This document shows positions 19,446 through 30,176 of a DNA stretch of 47,863 nucleotides, piece by piece; the first letter of the stretch is position 1; each line of letters opens with the position of its first letter. A program made the position numbers and the translations under genes. The DNA is from Carpediemonas membranifera BICM (taxonomy: Eukaryota; Protista; Fornicata): positions 1 through 47,863 of the forward strand of contig JAHDYR010000055.1 of NCBI GenBank assembly GCA_019828565.1, given 5' to 3'. Below the pieces are notes generated by a model. The model had not been told where the DNA came from and did no database searches. It was given only the letters and a program-made list of their open reading frames with translations.

Positions 19446-20376
19446 CCGCGTGGATGCGAGCTAACACGTCCTCCAGAGTCTTCAGGAACTCGTCACGGTT
19501 CGCTCCAAAGACGACAATGTCATCTATGTAAGCGAGACACTGAGTATAAAGGGATTGACCCAGAATGTGTTCCATGGCTTTCTGGCAGTGGATGGGAGCA
19601 TTACGAAGCCCAAAGGGCATCCGCTTATACTGGTATTTCTTCCCACCAGCCACAAAAGCGGTATACTTGCGCGAGTCCTGGTTGATTATGATCTGGTGGA
19701 ACGCTTTGGATAGGTCCAGCGTGGCGTAAAACTGTTGGCCTTGTAGGTGATCAATCAAGTCGTCGATGAGGGGTAGGGGATGCTCCTCGGCCTGGGTGAT
19801 AAGGTTCAGCCGTCTAAAGTCGAGGCAGAGGCGAAGCTTGTTGCCTCTCTTCTTTGCCATGACGATTGGGTTATTGAAGGCTGAGTCCGAAGGCTCGATG
19901 ACGTCCAGAGCAAGCAGCTCCTTAACCTGGCGATTAACCTCATCTTCCACCTGCTTGCCGTGACGATATGGGAAGCAGTTGATGACCTGGTCATTCTTGG
20001 TCTTCAGGGAGAATGCTGGGAGCTTGGACGGGCTGGAAATGTCCCCGAATAGGCCTGGGAACTTTTCAACAATCCTTTGGCTGGCTTCTGCAAACTGCAC
20101 ATATTCTGGGGCTGTTCTCTCGACCTCGTTTTCGAACATCTCGTCGTCGTCGTTCTGGTTTGACGGAGTCGGGTCAGGCGAGGGTATCTCGATCAGTCCC
20201 GCGCTGCGCAGGAGTGGGAACCCGATGATCGCATCGTAATGGTCGAGTGAGATGAGGATAAACTTTGTGCGTACAGAGAGGGGTCTACCTGTCACAGAAG
20301 GGTACAGGACAGTATCGTAGGCCACGTGGGAGGTGTTCATGCTGTCTGGAGGGGGTGTATGGGTGGCAGTATACAC
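19446..20376 (-). pseudogene. Ty3/gypsy pol fragment (protease C-terminus + RT), interrupted by G1
   Basis: DAIIGFPLL; PYR, RLCLDFRRLN, LDLSKAFHQI, MPFGLRNAP, YIDD. Confidence 0.9.
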
Positions 20377-20799
20377 CTACGGAACAGAGGGGCTCTGTCA
20401 AAAATGTCCGATTTAGAACGTCTTACTCTGGCACCATGTAGCCCCCTTCCTGATGCACCTTTGAGCACGTGCTTGGCCTGCGATAATTACTTGGCGTCCC
20501 GTAAAGCCCAAAAATTAATCAAATCGTCATCAAATGCGAATTAAAGATGCTGATATTGCTCATGAAACGACTCTGCTGATCAGCTGGGACTCTACGCGGC
20601 GATATGGCATGGCAAGTCTCTACACTTTGGAGACAATTCGGTCCCATGGTTCCTACCTTGACCCACGTTGTCTCGCGCGCGCGAGGGACTCAATAAAAGG
20701 ATATATCAACACTGGGAGCAGAAAAAAGGCACAGCGAGATGCAGGCGCTGTTGCTGAGCTCATTTTCCGGATAAGACCCGTTTTTGTCACCTCAACCCA

Positions 20800-20895
20800 T
20801 GTGGTTTGACTATACCTGTTTTACTGGGGGAAAAGACTTCGACACAGGGGTGTCGAAGTCAATCCATAAATGTTCTTAAATTGTACTGACTGACA
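20800..20895 (-). repeat. Candidate short 3' LTR (96 bp) of the truncated gypsy G3
   Basis: Minus strand: PPT-like GGAGGGGCAG then TGTCAG...ACCACA; shares GTAAAACAG with the G2 LTR; internal 11-bp hairpin. No partner LTR in the window. Confidence 0.4.
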
Positions 20896-22916
20896 CTGCC
20901 CCTCCATGCTCAACTGACTTGAGTATGAATAACTTGTGCCGGTAGGCCTCACAGGGGAAAGCCTGTGCTAACCTACTTCACCGTTGGCGGCTGGGGAATA
21001 GCCCAGTGCCCGGGAAGGGTACTCTGCCTTAGCTCGGTAACCCTTGCTTCACCGTCGCTAACTGTGGGTAGCACAGCAGCCGGAACACCGTTGACATACT
21101 CTTACTGCCACGTAAGGGTGTCCGGTACAACCGTAGTTGTTCTGTTGTGACGTATCTCCAAATTGATTGACTCAGAATTTCGTGGTACCACTGTGTAAGT
21201 ATTGCGTCATACGCTCAAGGGTTAGTCTTACCCGGGCTTACCGCCCTCCCACGGGCCATTACTGGGCCGTATGGTCGTCGATTAGTTCATTCGGATCCTT
21301 AAAATGCACAAATGGCTTCAGTTCGAAACCACCATGGTATGCGGCCTTGAAAGCCCTCATTCTTACATAGCGTTCGAATAACGCCTCTAGAGGCCTCAAA
21401 GCCTCTTCGTTGCCGAGATATGGCCTTTTTTTGCTTTTTCTCGTTCGTCGACAGTTGGGACGCCGCGAATATTGCTCTATAACACTAACAACATCAGTAT
21501 TCGTCTCATAGACGTATAAATATCGTGATTTTGCGGACTTATCGTCCTCAACAAGCGTTCATCGGGGTTCACCAAACGGACCCTTTCTCGGTCGGCGAAT
21601 TCTGCCTAACCCGTCTGCTTTCGTAAATTACGCGTTGCACCATGCTATTCAGCGTCCTGACTTAGCTGTGTGGAGTCCTGGTCATGACCCAGGTCCTACG
21701 TTTTTGTATCATGTAACACGTAAATGAAGTTTTGACCGCGGTTAATACTTCCATACGGCCTAATGGAGAACCTTGTGCATGATTTGGACGCACTGATCGC
21801 TGATCTTGCTGGCAATGACGGCAATCTGCCCGTTGCTGAACGTCTCCGCGCTCTGAAGCGCAAACACCAGTCCGTGCTCGTGCCGGACAGCACCGATATG
21901 CCCCAGAGACGTGCTCGTCCCGAGGAATCTTCCTCAGCACCCATTGTTGAGCCGTCATCGCCACAGGACGTCGTCATCGAGGTTCCTGCGGCTCGCGCGA
22001 TCACCCGCCGGCACCCACCTGAGGATATCCGCCGCGTAACGGGTGTTGTCGTCGACGATGAAGGTACGCGTCGCACCTTGACCGGACGCGTCGTGGCTGT
22101 CGCCACTTGTTCTGCCCAAGCTGGTCATGCTGTCAGCACGGTTGAGGCCGCCCAGCGCCGGACCTCCAACCGCCCCGTCACCCGCCAGGTGCTCCGCGGG
22201 CACCTCCAAGGACCTCATCGGGCGGACCTGGCGGAGCGGGAAGCCCGTTTCCAGACCGTAATCGCTTCGGTCTCTGGTCGCGTCTCGAACTGCTTCGAGC
22301 TGCCCCTCCAGGGCATGCTGTCCCGTCTGAGGACCGGCCAGGTCTTCAGCGCTGGCGATGAGGCTGGGGACCTCATGACGCGTCAGTCCCTCTTGCTCCT
22401 GACGGACTTCGTCACCGACGCCGTCGTGGGCCGTGCACTGCGGTCCCACTTTGAGATCGACTCACCTGCCGATGTTGCCCTCGCCGAGGCTCTGCTCGCC
22501 TCTGACGGTGTCACGTCCGGCTGTTTCTCCCGATCTACGGTCGACGTCGTGGTAGCGACCCTGACCCGCATCACTCCCGATCTCGCTGATCGCCAGCCAT
22601 CCTATCTCCGAACCCTGGCGAACCAGTCCCTGATGCGGATCATCATGATCTCTTCGCACCCTTCCTTGTACTGCTGTTGGATGGTGGCCCAGGCCCGTCG
22701 CGTCGACCGTCTGTCTGCTCACGAGGCGACACGGTTTGTGACGGACTACTACGCCCTGCTCACAAACGATCGCATCGCACGGATCGAGACCACGATCAGC
22801 GCTGCCGAGCTCGTGCCGCAGGTGTCTGACCCGTCACTCGACTATGTGATCGTCGAGTGCCTCAGGCACATTGAGCTGTACAACGAACAGTTCCGCGAAA
22901 GCTTCACCCTTGTGGT

Positions 22917-22982
22917 TGTGCCGTGCTAGGGCCCAGAAATATGATAAAGACTGTTTTACGAATTCCGCAGGTTAAGGGCACA
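22917..22982 (-). repeat. G2 3' LTR (66 bp)
   Basis: Identical to 27771-27836. Confidence 0.95.
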
Positions 22983-23008
22983 CTTCCCTCCCAATGCGTG
23001 TCGCACGA

Positions 23009-23350
23009 CTAACGGCGACCGCTCCTGCGGAACTTCTTCTTAGCACTCTCAAACATCGGCTTGAGACCAGGATTGAGCTCGAGATAACTGTCGATAGCCT
23101 CGAGCTGGTCGTAGTAGCGATTATAGGGGATGTATGAGTCCTCGTCGGGGGTGAGGCCTTCCCAACGGATCAGTAGCTCCAGAGAGCCGTTCTTCTTCTT
23201 ACGGTGGCCTACGACTGCCTCCACGGGTTGTTCATCTTGCTCGTAGGCGGCAATTTCCTCGAGCTCCTTCTCCGTGAGGCCGTCGGCGTGGAATGTGACG
23301 AGTCGGTCTGCGTGGACTGTGGCGACGCACTTCGACACGAGATCCATCAC
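23009..23350 (-). CDS. Chromodomain tail of the G2 polyprotein (frameshifted at ~23370-23390)
   Basis: VEAVVGHRKKKNGSLELLIRWEG...DSY. Confidence 0.85.
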   Translation of the reverse strand: MMDLVSKCVATVHADRLVTFHADGLTEKELEEIAAYEQDEQPVEAVVGHRKKKNGSLELLIRWEGLTPDEDSYIPYNRYYDQLEAIDSYLELNPGLKPMFESAKKKFRRSGRR

Positions 23351-26300
23351 CTTGTAGGTGTTGGGGTGATCGCCCTTCCCCCTCCATGCGGAGCGGTCCG
23401 CGCAGAGGCGGGAGTAGCTTGGTCGGCGGCTTGCCCGGGTATCTCAGCAGGACGTAGGTTTCGTTCTCCCAGGCCCGTGTGCTGTCCGAGGAGCCTGCAG
23501 CCTTGTTTACCTCGTAGGCTTTGACCTTGATCGCGGCAAGTTGTTGGAGCGACGTGACGTGGGCCTGGAAGCGGACGATGTCGTCGGCTTCGACTGAGCC
23601 CGGCTCGAGCATCTGGGTTGCGTTGGTCAGGGCGTCGGGCGCGACGCGCAGCATGGTTGACTTGCGTCCGAACAATAGTTCGAAGGGGCTGAGGCCTGTG
23701 GTGGAGTGGCGGGTGGCGTTGATAACGTGCTGGGCGATGGGCAGGTATGCGGGCCAGTTGTCGTCGCGGGCGTCCAGCAGGAGCGCTCTTAAGCGTCTCA
23801 TGACGGTACCATTCAGGCGTTCGACTACGCCGTTGCTGGCCGGATGATATGCCGTACTGAACCGGTGCTTGAGGCTCAGTCGCTCGTTCATCTCCTCGAC
23901 TAGGGCATTCCTGAACTGTGTACCTTGGTCAGACTGGAGCTCGGCCGGGACGCCGAAAGTCGCCCAGATCTCCAGCAATGCGGCTGCTGCCTCGGCTGCG
24001 CTCGTTGACCGTGTGGGCTTCAATATGGTGAACTTCGAGAACACGTCCACCACCGTGATGACGTACTTGAGACCGTCTCTCTCGGGCAAAGGGCCAATGG
24101 TGTCCACCTGCACCGTCTCGAATGGGCGGATGCGCTGAGTAGAGTGCCACTTGATCGGCTCCTTGCGGGCTGGCTTTGTCTTGCGACAGATTGGACACTG
24201 GCGTAAGGTCGCGCGGACGTCATCCGACATGCCTGGCCACGTGACACCGGACTGCTTCAGATTGGCGATGGTCTGGTCTGGGCCGACGTGGCCCTGTGCA
24301 CCGGCGTGCGCCCTGGTGATCTGCTCTTGGCGCGTCGTGGTGACGTGGTCGATCGAGCGGCGCACCTCGTTCTTGCGCTGGGATGATGGCCGCGACAGTG
24401 CGTCGGCTACGAGGTTCTGCGCTCCAGCTATGTGTGTGACGTTATACGGATACTCTGTCATGGTGAGTCGCCATCGTGTCAGTTTCTTAGTGCCGTCCTC
24501 GTCTGTCTTCCTGAGTAGCCATATCAGATTACGATGGTCCGTGCGAAGCTCGAACGGCTTCAGCTTGAAGAGGGGGGAAAACTCTGGTCGCGTTACACAA
24601 TAGACAATGGCGAAAAGCTCCTGTTCCACCGTGGACCACCGTTGCTGGGTCTCGTCGAGGGTCTTGCTGTAGAAGGCGAGTGGGACCTTCTCGTCACCCT
24701 CGCCCTGCCACAGTACACCACCGATGGCGGTCGACGATGCGTCGGTCTCGAGAGTCCACTTTGCACTCAGGTCTGGGAGCGCGAGGGCGGTGTGCTCGGC
24801 TACTAGGGTCTTCATACGGGCGAATGCTTCGTCCTCAGTGGCAGTCCAATCGAGGGGGGCCGACTTCTGCGGCGATCCCTTTAGGAGGGCGTTGAGCGGG
24901 GCTGATGCGTGGGCGAGGTGTGGGATATAGTTTGACAGATAGTTGAACTTGCCTAGCGTGCGGCGCAGCTCCGTTGTCGTCGTTGGGGGTGTGAGGTCCT
25001 GGATGGCTGCGATACGTGAGGGGGAAACCGACCTGCCAGACTCGTTGACTATAAACCCACATACTTCAACCTCCTTCATGCCAATGGCACACTTGTCGGC
25101 GCGGAGTTTGATATCGTAAGCTTCCAACTGGTCGAAGATCTGGGTGAGGGTCGACTTGAAATCCTGAATGGAGCGGGCGTACGCAAAGATATCGTCGATA
25201 TAGGCTCTCGAACCGTCGATACCAGCGAGCATCTCGTCCATGGCTCGCTGGAACTTTGCTGGGGCGTTCTTCAGCCCGAATGGTGTACGTAAGAACTCGT
25301 AATGCCCGCCCGGGACGGTGAATGCGGTGAGCGGGATGCTATCGGTTGCCATGTTCTGCTGCCAGTATCCGCTGCGCAGGTCGAGCGCCGCGAACACGGA
25401 GCATCCGCTCGCCTCGTGTACAAACGATCGGATGTCCGGCGTGGGGTACAGGTCGTCGATGGTGGCGTTGTTCAAGACGTTGTAAGCGATGCAGAAGCGG
25501 TCTTCGCCGCTCTTCTTCTTTGCCATGACGTGCGGGCTAGAGTGCGGACTTTGACTCTCTCGGATCACGCCCTGGTTGAGCATCTTGTCGATCTCCGCGA
25601 GGGCTGAGTTTCCCGGGTCACCCTTCAACGGCCTGGGTCGGGCCCTGGGTGTAGGGCGGCTTGGATCGACGACGATCTCGTGTGGCGGCATCCTGCTGCC
25701 ATCCGGAGGTAGAGGGCCAAACACGGCCTTGCGCTCGCGAAGGAAGTCGGTCAGCCAGGCAGCCAGCTCCGGGTTCTCTTCGGTCGGCAGCTTAACCTTG
25801 CGCCACTCTTCCTCGGGGTCGACTTCTTCTGTTGTCGAGTCGAGGTAGGGGTGCTGTCCCAGGCCGTCGTCGTCATCGATCGGGTCAGCGGACGGTATTA
25901 GTAGCCGGTCGTTCAGCAGGAAGCCGAGGCGGTGGAGCAAATCGCGTCCAATGAGGACCTTCTTCCTCTGGCCCTTCGTGACCATGAGCAACGCAGTGGT
26001 GGTCACGGTCTTTCCGTCGACACTGGGGAGGGTCAGCGAGACCTTGGCGGCTTTGCCAGTGGAGATGATATCGTCCCCAGCGCCGAGAAGTTCGACTGAG
26101 GTCGGTATCAGGGTCACGTCGGGGATCGCTGCGAGGGCAGGGGCTGATATGACCGACGTGCAAGCGCCGATGTCGAACTTGACGTTCATGTGCTGGCCGT
26201 TGATAACAGCCGGGACCTTCACCGGGTCCTTGTCGAGTATGATGTCCTCGATCTCGTAGACTTCGTTCTCCAACTCCGAATGAGACGCTTCATCCGCGTC

Positions 26301-27749
26301 AAACACCTCATCGACGCGGCGGGGGTTCTTCAGGGTAGACGAGGGGCGGAGGTCCATGCGGCCGGCCCGGCGATCCGACTGTTGGTGACTGGTGGGCGCC
26401 ACAGGGCGTGCGCGGTTGCCGGGCTGCTTTTGCCGCTCTTCGGGTCTGCGTTCCTGACGCTTCTCGGTCTGTGGCTGGCGTTCTTGGGCCTTGTAAGCCT
26501 CCCGTCTGATGAGGAACCTGCAGTCCTTCGTCTCGTGGTGCGGGTTCCAGCCATGCTGTGTGCAGTATCTCGTGTGGGAAGGAGGCATGCGGAACTTGGT
26601 CTTGTCCCTGAACTGCTGGAACGGATCGCGACCATCGAGCCTGCGAGCGAGCGGCTTCCTGCCTGAAGTGCCCGACGCCTGCTCGTTGTTGTCGGCTTGT
26701 GGGCTGGCGAGTCTGAAGGCACGCCATGGGATAATGATGTTCTCGTCGTGATCAACATCCAAGTCGCGTAGTTTGTCGAGAAGTTCGCTGATCTTGTCGG
26801 AGTAGTCCTCAATCTCTTCTTCGTATACATCCTCGGCTTCTTTGGAGAAACCTCTAGTGGCGAAGTCCCGAATGATCCGCTCGAGCAGTTTTGCGGAGAT
26901 GGTGGGGACGTCCTTGATGTCTGGGTTGAGGGCGCTTATGAGCTTACGTGCCTTCTCGACGGCCGTTCGGTGCCGGGGCTCCGGACCGTATAGCGTGATG
27001 TTGTCGAGCTTTGCCTTGAGGAGCTTGGCTCTTGCGCCCGGGTCCGTACTAGTCAAGAGGGTATATGCGAGGTAGGGGGCGATGGAGGTCGCCTCCTTGG
27101 CGAGGAAAGCGTAGACGTCCCCGCCATCGAAGACTGGCCAAGCCGCCGAGGAGGGGGCGGGCTTGGTCTCCTCGGGCACTGGGGGCATATACACGAACGC
27201 CACCGAGACGTCTTCGCCGTCCGGGCCGGTCAGGTTGCCAGGCCGTGCGACTGTCTCGACGTTTGCGATGTCGTGGTCGTCGGTCAGCTGGGTGAAGAAG
27301 TCGCGGGCCTTCTTGCCGCAGTCAGTCAGTATCTGGGGATGTTGAGCTTCAAGGCACTCCCGGGTCATTGCTGTCAGGGTGGGGTCCTTGTGCTTAGCTG
27401 CACACTCGCTACAGGCGGCGAACGTGGCTTTTCTTATGGTCTTCTGTACCTCCTCTACCCAGATGGCGGTGAGGTTGTCGGTCTTCGTTGTACGGGCTCG
27501 TGCCGCAGTACTGGCAGAGCTTGTGTTCGCTGCGCGGCGAGCATCGGAATCGGACAGAACGGTTCGTTGTAGGTCCTCGAAAGTGTCAAAAAGAGTGGTT
27601 GGGCGCCACTGGGCGCGAAGTTTTTCTGTTGTCTCGGGGGACAATGCCCTAAAGAACGAAATTGGATTCTTCTCGTGGGGCATCGCCGAGAGGTACTCCT
27701 GGAGTGCTCTCTCGACGGCGAACGGGGTGTCAATTGTAAGAGTCTTCAT
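23232..27749 (-). CDS. Gag-Pol polyprotein (protease, RT, RNase H, integrase)
   Basis: CTQH...HETKDC; FDIGA; LDLRSGYWQ, PFGLKNAP, YIDD; TDAS; HHCC, VDTIGP, SDQG, GVVER; GPL. Confidence 0.95.
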   Translation of the reverse strand: MKTLTIDTPFAVERALQEYLSAMPHEKNPISFFRALSPETTEKLRAQWRPTTLFDTFEDLQRTVLSDSDARRAANTSSASTAARARTTKTDNLTAIWVEEVQKTIRKATFAACSECAAKHKDPTLTAMTRECLEAQHPQILTDCGKKARDFFTQLTDDHDIANVETVARPGNLTGPDGEDVSVAFVYMPPVPEETKPAPSSAAWPVFDGGDVYAFLAKEATSIAPYLAYTLLTSTDPGARAKLLKAKLDNITLYGPEPRHRTAVEKARKLISALNPDIKDVPTISAKLLERIIRDFATRGFSKEAEDVYEEEIEDYSDKISELLDKLRDLDVDHDENIIIPWRAFRLASPQADNNEQASGTSGRKPLARRLDGRDPFQQFRDKTKFRMPPSHTRYCTQHGWNPHHETKDCRFLIRREAYKAQERQPQTEKRQERRPEERQKQPGNRARPVAPTSHQQSDRRAGRMDLRPSSTLKNPRRVDEVFDADEASHSELENEVYEIEDIILDKDPVKVPAVINGQHMNVKFDIGACTSVISAPALAAIPDVTLIPTSVELLGAGDDIISTGKAAKVSLTLPSVDGKTVTTTALLMVTKGQRKKVLIGRDLLHRLGFLLNDRLLIPSADPIDDDDGLGQHPYLDSTTEEVDPEEEWRKVKLPTEENPELAAWLTDFLRERKAVFGPLPPDGSRMPPHEIVVDPSRPTPRARPRPLKGDPGNSALAEIDKMLNQGVIRESQSPHSSPHVMAKKKSGEDRFCIAYNVLNNATIDDLYPTPDIRSFVHEASGCSVFAALDLRSGYWQQNMATDSIPLTAFTVPGGHYEFLRTPFGLKNAPAKFQRAMDEMLAGIDGSRAYIDDIFAYARSIQDFKSTLTQIFDQLEAYDIKLRADKCAIGMKEVEVCGFIVNESGRSVSPSRIAAIQDLTPPTTTTELRRTLGKFNYLSNYIPHLAHASAPLNALLKGSPQKSAPLDWTATEDEAFARMKTLVAEHTALALPDLSAKWTLETDASSTAIGGVLWQGEGDEKVPLAFYSKTLDETQQRWSTVEQELFAIVYCVTRPEFSPLFKLKPFELRTDHRNLIWLLRKTDEDGTKKLTRWRLTMTEYPYNVTHIAGAQNLVADALSRPSSQRKNEVRRSIDHVTTTRQEQITRAHAGAQGHVGPDQTIANLKQSGVTWPGMSDDVRATLRQCPICRKTKPARKEPIKWHSTQRIRPFETVQVDTIGPLPERDGLKYVITVVDVFSKFTILKPTRSTSAAEAAAALLEIWATFGVPAELQSDQGTQFRNALVEEMNERLSLKHRFSTAYHPASNGVVERLNGTVMRRLRALLLDARDDNWPAYLPIAQHVINATRHSTTGLSPFELLFGRKSTMLRVAPDALTNATQMLEPGSVEADDIVRFQAHVTSLQQLAAIKVKAYEVNKAAGSSDSTRAWENETYVLLRYPGKPPTKLLPPLRGPLRMEGEGRSPQHLQGDGSRVEVRRHSPRRPTRHIPRRRPHGEGARGNCRLRAR

Positions 27750-27770
27750 TTGAATCGGCAGTATCGATAC

Positions 27771-27836
27771 TGTGCCGTGCTAGGGCCCAGAAATATGATA
27801 AAGACTGTTTTACGAATTCCGCAGGTTAAGGGCACA
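27771..27836 (-). repeat. G2 5' LTR (66 bp)
   Basis: Identical to 22917-22982. Confidence 0.95.
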
Positions 27837-28072
27837 TGGTTAAGTATCAGAATTACGCCGTGCCTGGACTCACTCAGCTCACGCAATCCATGTGCACTTG
27901 CCTCCCGATCACCAACTACCTCACCAATGCCCGTCTTTGGCCGCGTGTTCGCCCTGAGTGGCACCCTGAGCTGCTCCTGGCCCGGCTGCGCGAGTCTGCT
28001 GGTGCGATCGACGAAGAATAAATTCTGTTGGCTGCCTTACCTGCCTTTTACAGGTACGTATAAGTGGTAGGC

Positions 28073-28750
28073 TTATGCTTTTCCGAGAAATATATCTAAC
28101 GCTTCGCAGTCCTTGACGTTCTCGTAAGGTTCCCAAGTGTCCTCGCATGGCTCATACCCTTTCCAGTGCACGTGGAACTTCCTATTCTTGATCGACTTCT
28201 CATTGGATGAATCGTAAATGCACTCGACAACGTACTCGGCATCAGTGGTCGCTGCCAGGGCCTGTGCTGAGTCGCGTGACAAGTCACCCTCGAAAGACCT
28301 CACGCGCTCGGATGCTACCCTGAACTCCTTACCCGAGTTCACGTCTCTCACATTGTATGCTACCGGTAAGTTGTCGACGATAACCGGGCTCACTAGCTGC
28401 ATTGGGCCTCGCCAACCTGCCGCAAGCTTGGAAGGTGGCTTAGTCGGATACTTCACCAGCACCCACTCTGAATCAATAACCGGCGGGGACCCAACCCGGT
28501 TGCGCGCGTCCTCTTGCATGGCTCGGATGCGTGCCGCGGCCATCTGTCTCGCGAGTTTCACCGCCTCGCCATTATCTGCCGGATAGTCCGCGCTGTCATC
28601 TTGGCTCGTGAATACAATCTCACTCGGCACTCGCATGTCGCTTCCAAAGATAATCTCAGCCGGCGTGAGGTGATGGGCCGCTCTGGGTGTTACCTGTGTT
28701 GAGTTAACAATAAATTGTGCCACTGGTAAACAGTCGACCCAATCCTCCAT
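28073..28750 (-). pseudogene. Gypsy G3 integrase C-terminus + chromodomain (5' truncated)
   Basis: W..CLPVAQFIVN..TPAEIIFG; KL..W.GP; YVVECI...FHVHWKGY...TWEP. Confidence 0.88.
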
Positions 28751-28977
28751 ACTGTCAACATCCCTAGATTATCTTCGACCTCAAAAAGCTAGATAATCTA
28801 CGGTTGCAAGAAAAAATGAACTCGACGATGAGCCGGAGCTGGATCTTCAAAGTGGTATGGTAGTACTTGGCTATACCTAAGCAATACGCATGCGCAGTAT
28901 CAAACTTTAAATCCTGCTAGAAAAAAGTAACATAGGGACAAATTGGAATTGAGAGTTGAGACTCAAAAAAAAAAAAA

Positions 28978-29978
28978 GGAAATGCGCATTTTTGGGCACG
29001 GAACACCAGCTGCACCAGCTGCTTCCGGACCGGTCTGTGCACCTAGACGAGGCCCTGTTTACCGTTGAAGGCGCCGAAGAGTGGCCTAGGACCAAGGACG
29101 AACTCTATGAGATGGAGGCCAAAAAGCCTCAGAAACAACTCACAAAGTACCATAGAGACGCCTGGACAGTCCAGCACCGCCCATCAACGCCGTCTGACTT
29201 CAACTTGGACCGCAATGCGGCCACTCAGGCCCTGAACGACTCCTCCCAGCGCGCTGCCCCGGCGGCTGGAATTCTCCGGCAAGAGGCCGCACTCACCCCA
29301 ATTGAGCTAGAATCGAAGCCTGTTGGCTCAATATTTGTCCCAATTGCCAGGGCACACCTGGATGTCGCCCCGTTCGAAGAGTGGCCCGAGACTTGCCCCC
29401 TGTGTCAGGCCCAGCGCTGCACCTGGCAGCATGCCCTCTCGTGCCCACACACCAAGGGAACCGCCCACACCGAGCGTCACAACCATGTTAGAGACGCTGT
29501 GAGCGCCGTGTTGACCGACGACGACGTTAGAGGTCGACCCATGGCCCGTTGCCAGGCCGAGGTCGCGCTCACCTCTCGTCACCCCCGCTACCAGCAGGCC
29601 GATACCGAAGCGCCCAGACGCAAGGTGGCCGACCTCATGGTGGCAGGCGAGAGAGACGTGGTCGGGAACCGTGTCCACGAGGAAGTCTATGTCGACTTCG
29701 TGGTCAGCCTGCACCCGCGGGAGGCTGAGCTAGAGAAGCTCCGCGAGTACCGCAACTGGCAGGTCACCTTCGTGCCTGCTGCCTGCACGGTTCTGGGCGA
29801 GACTGAGTCCCGTCTGACCGAGTGCTGGGTCGCCCGCCTCTGTGCCGCGATTCGCAGGCCGGCCCTCGTGGGCGCCATCCGTGACCGGGTATTCTGGTCC
29901 ATCTGGGCGGACAACCAGACCGTCTGGTCGGACTATGTCTCCCAGTGCAAGGCCCGTTGGGCCGAGCACCACCAATAA
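28978..29978 (+). pseudogene. Family B unit 1: C-terminal CCHC + RLE only
   Basis: CPLC...HALSC, RHNHVRD, VAD...YVD; begins directly after A13 (28965-28977). Confidence 0.88.
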
Positions 29979-30176
29979 TCTGCCCTCCCCACAAAATGCC
30001 GGAGTCGCGACTCGGCTGACTCGGCCACTCTAGGCTGCGTCGTCCCCGAGCCCCCCTGCGCCTCCCGCCCCATCGCCGCATCGCATAACGCATCCCCTGC
30101 CCCTGCGCGAGAGTAGTTGCTCGAAATTCCGCGGAGTCGCGTGTCGTTCGGACAACCTGGGAAAGTAAATTCGGCC

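Larger units (their letters stand above)
22917..27836 (-). mobile_element. Complete Ty3/gypsy chromodomain LTR retrotransposon G2 (4920 bp)
   Basis: Identical 66-bp LTRs (TGTGCC..GGCACA), TGGT TSD (22913-22916, 27837-27840), PPT GGGAGGGAAG. Confidence 0.95.
21763..28021 (+). pseudogene. Unknown 444-aa ORF split by G2 (21763-22916 joined to 27841-28021)
   Basis: Removing G2 and one TGGT restores the frame ...ESFTLV-VKYQNYAVPG...DEE*. No recognised domain. Confidence 0.75.

Noticed and set aside
20906-21760. Possible decayed coding sequence on the minus strand
   Set aside because: Frequent stops and no recognisable motif.
29979-30176. HDV-like or hammerhead ribozyme at the array junction (also considered for 3274-3400)
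   Set aside because: Hairpins are present, but I could not build the nested pseudoknot or a CTGANGA/GAAA core by eye. A descriptor search is needed to exclude it.
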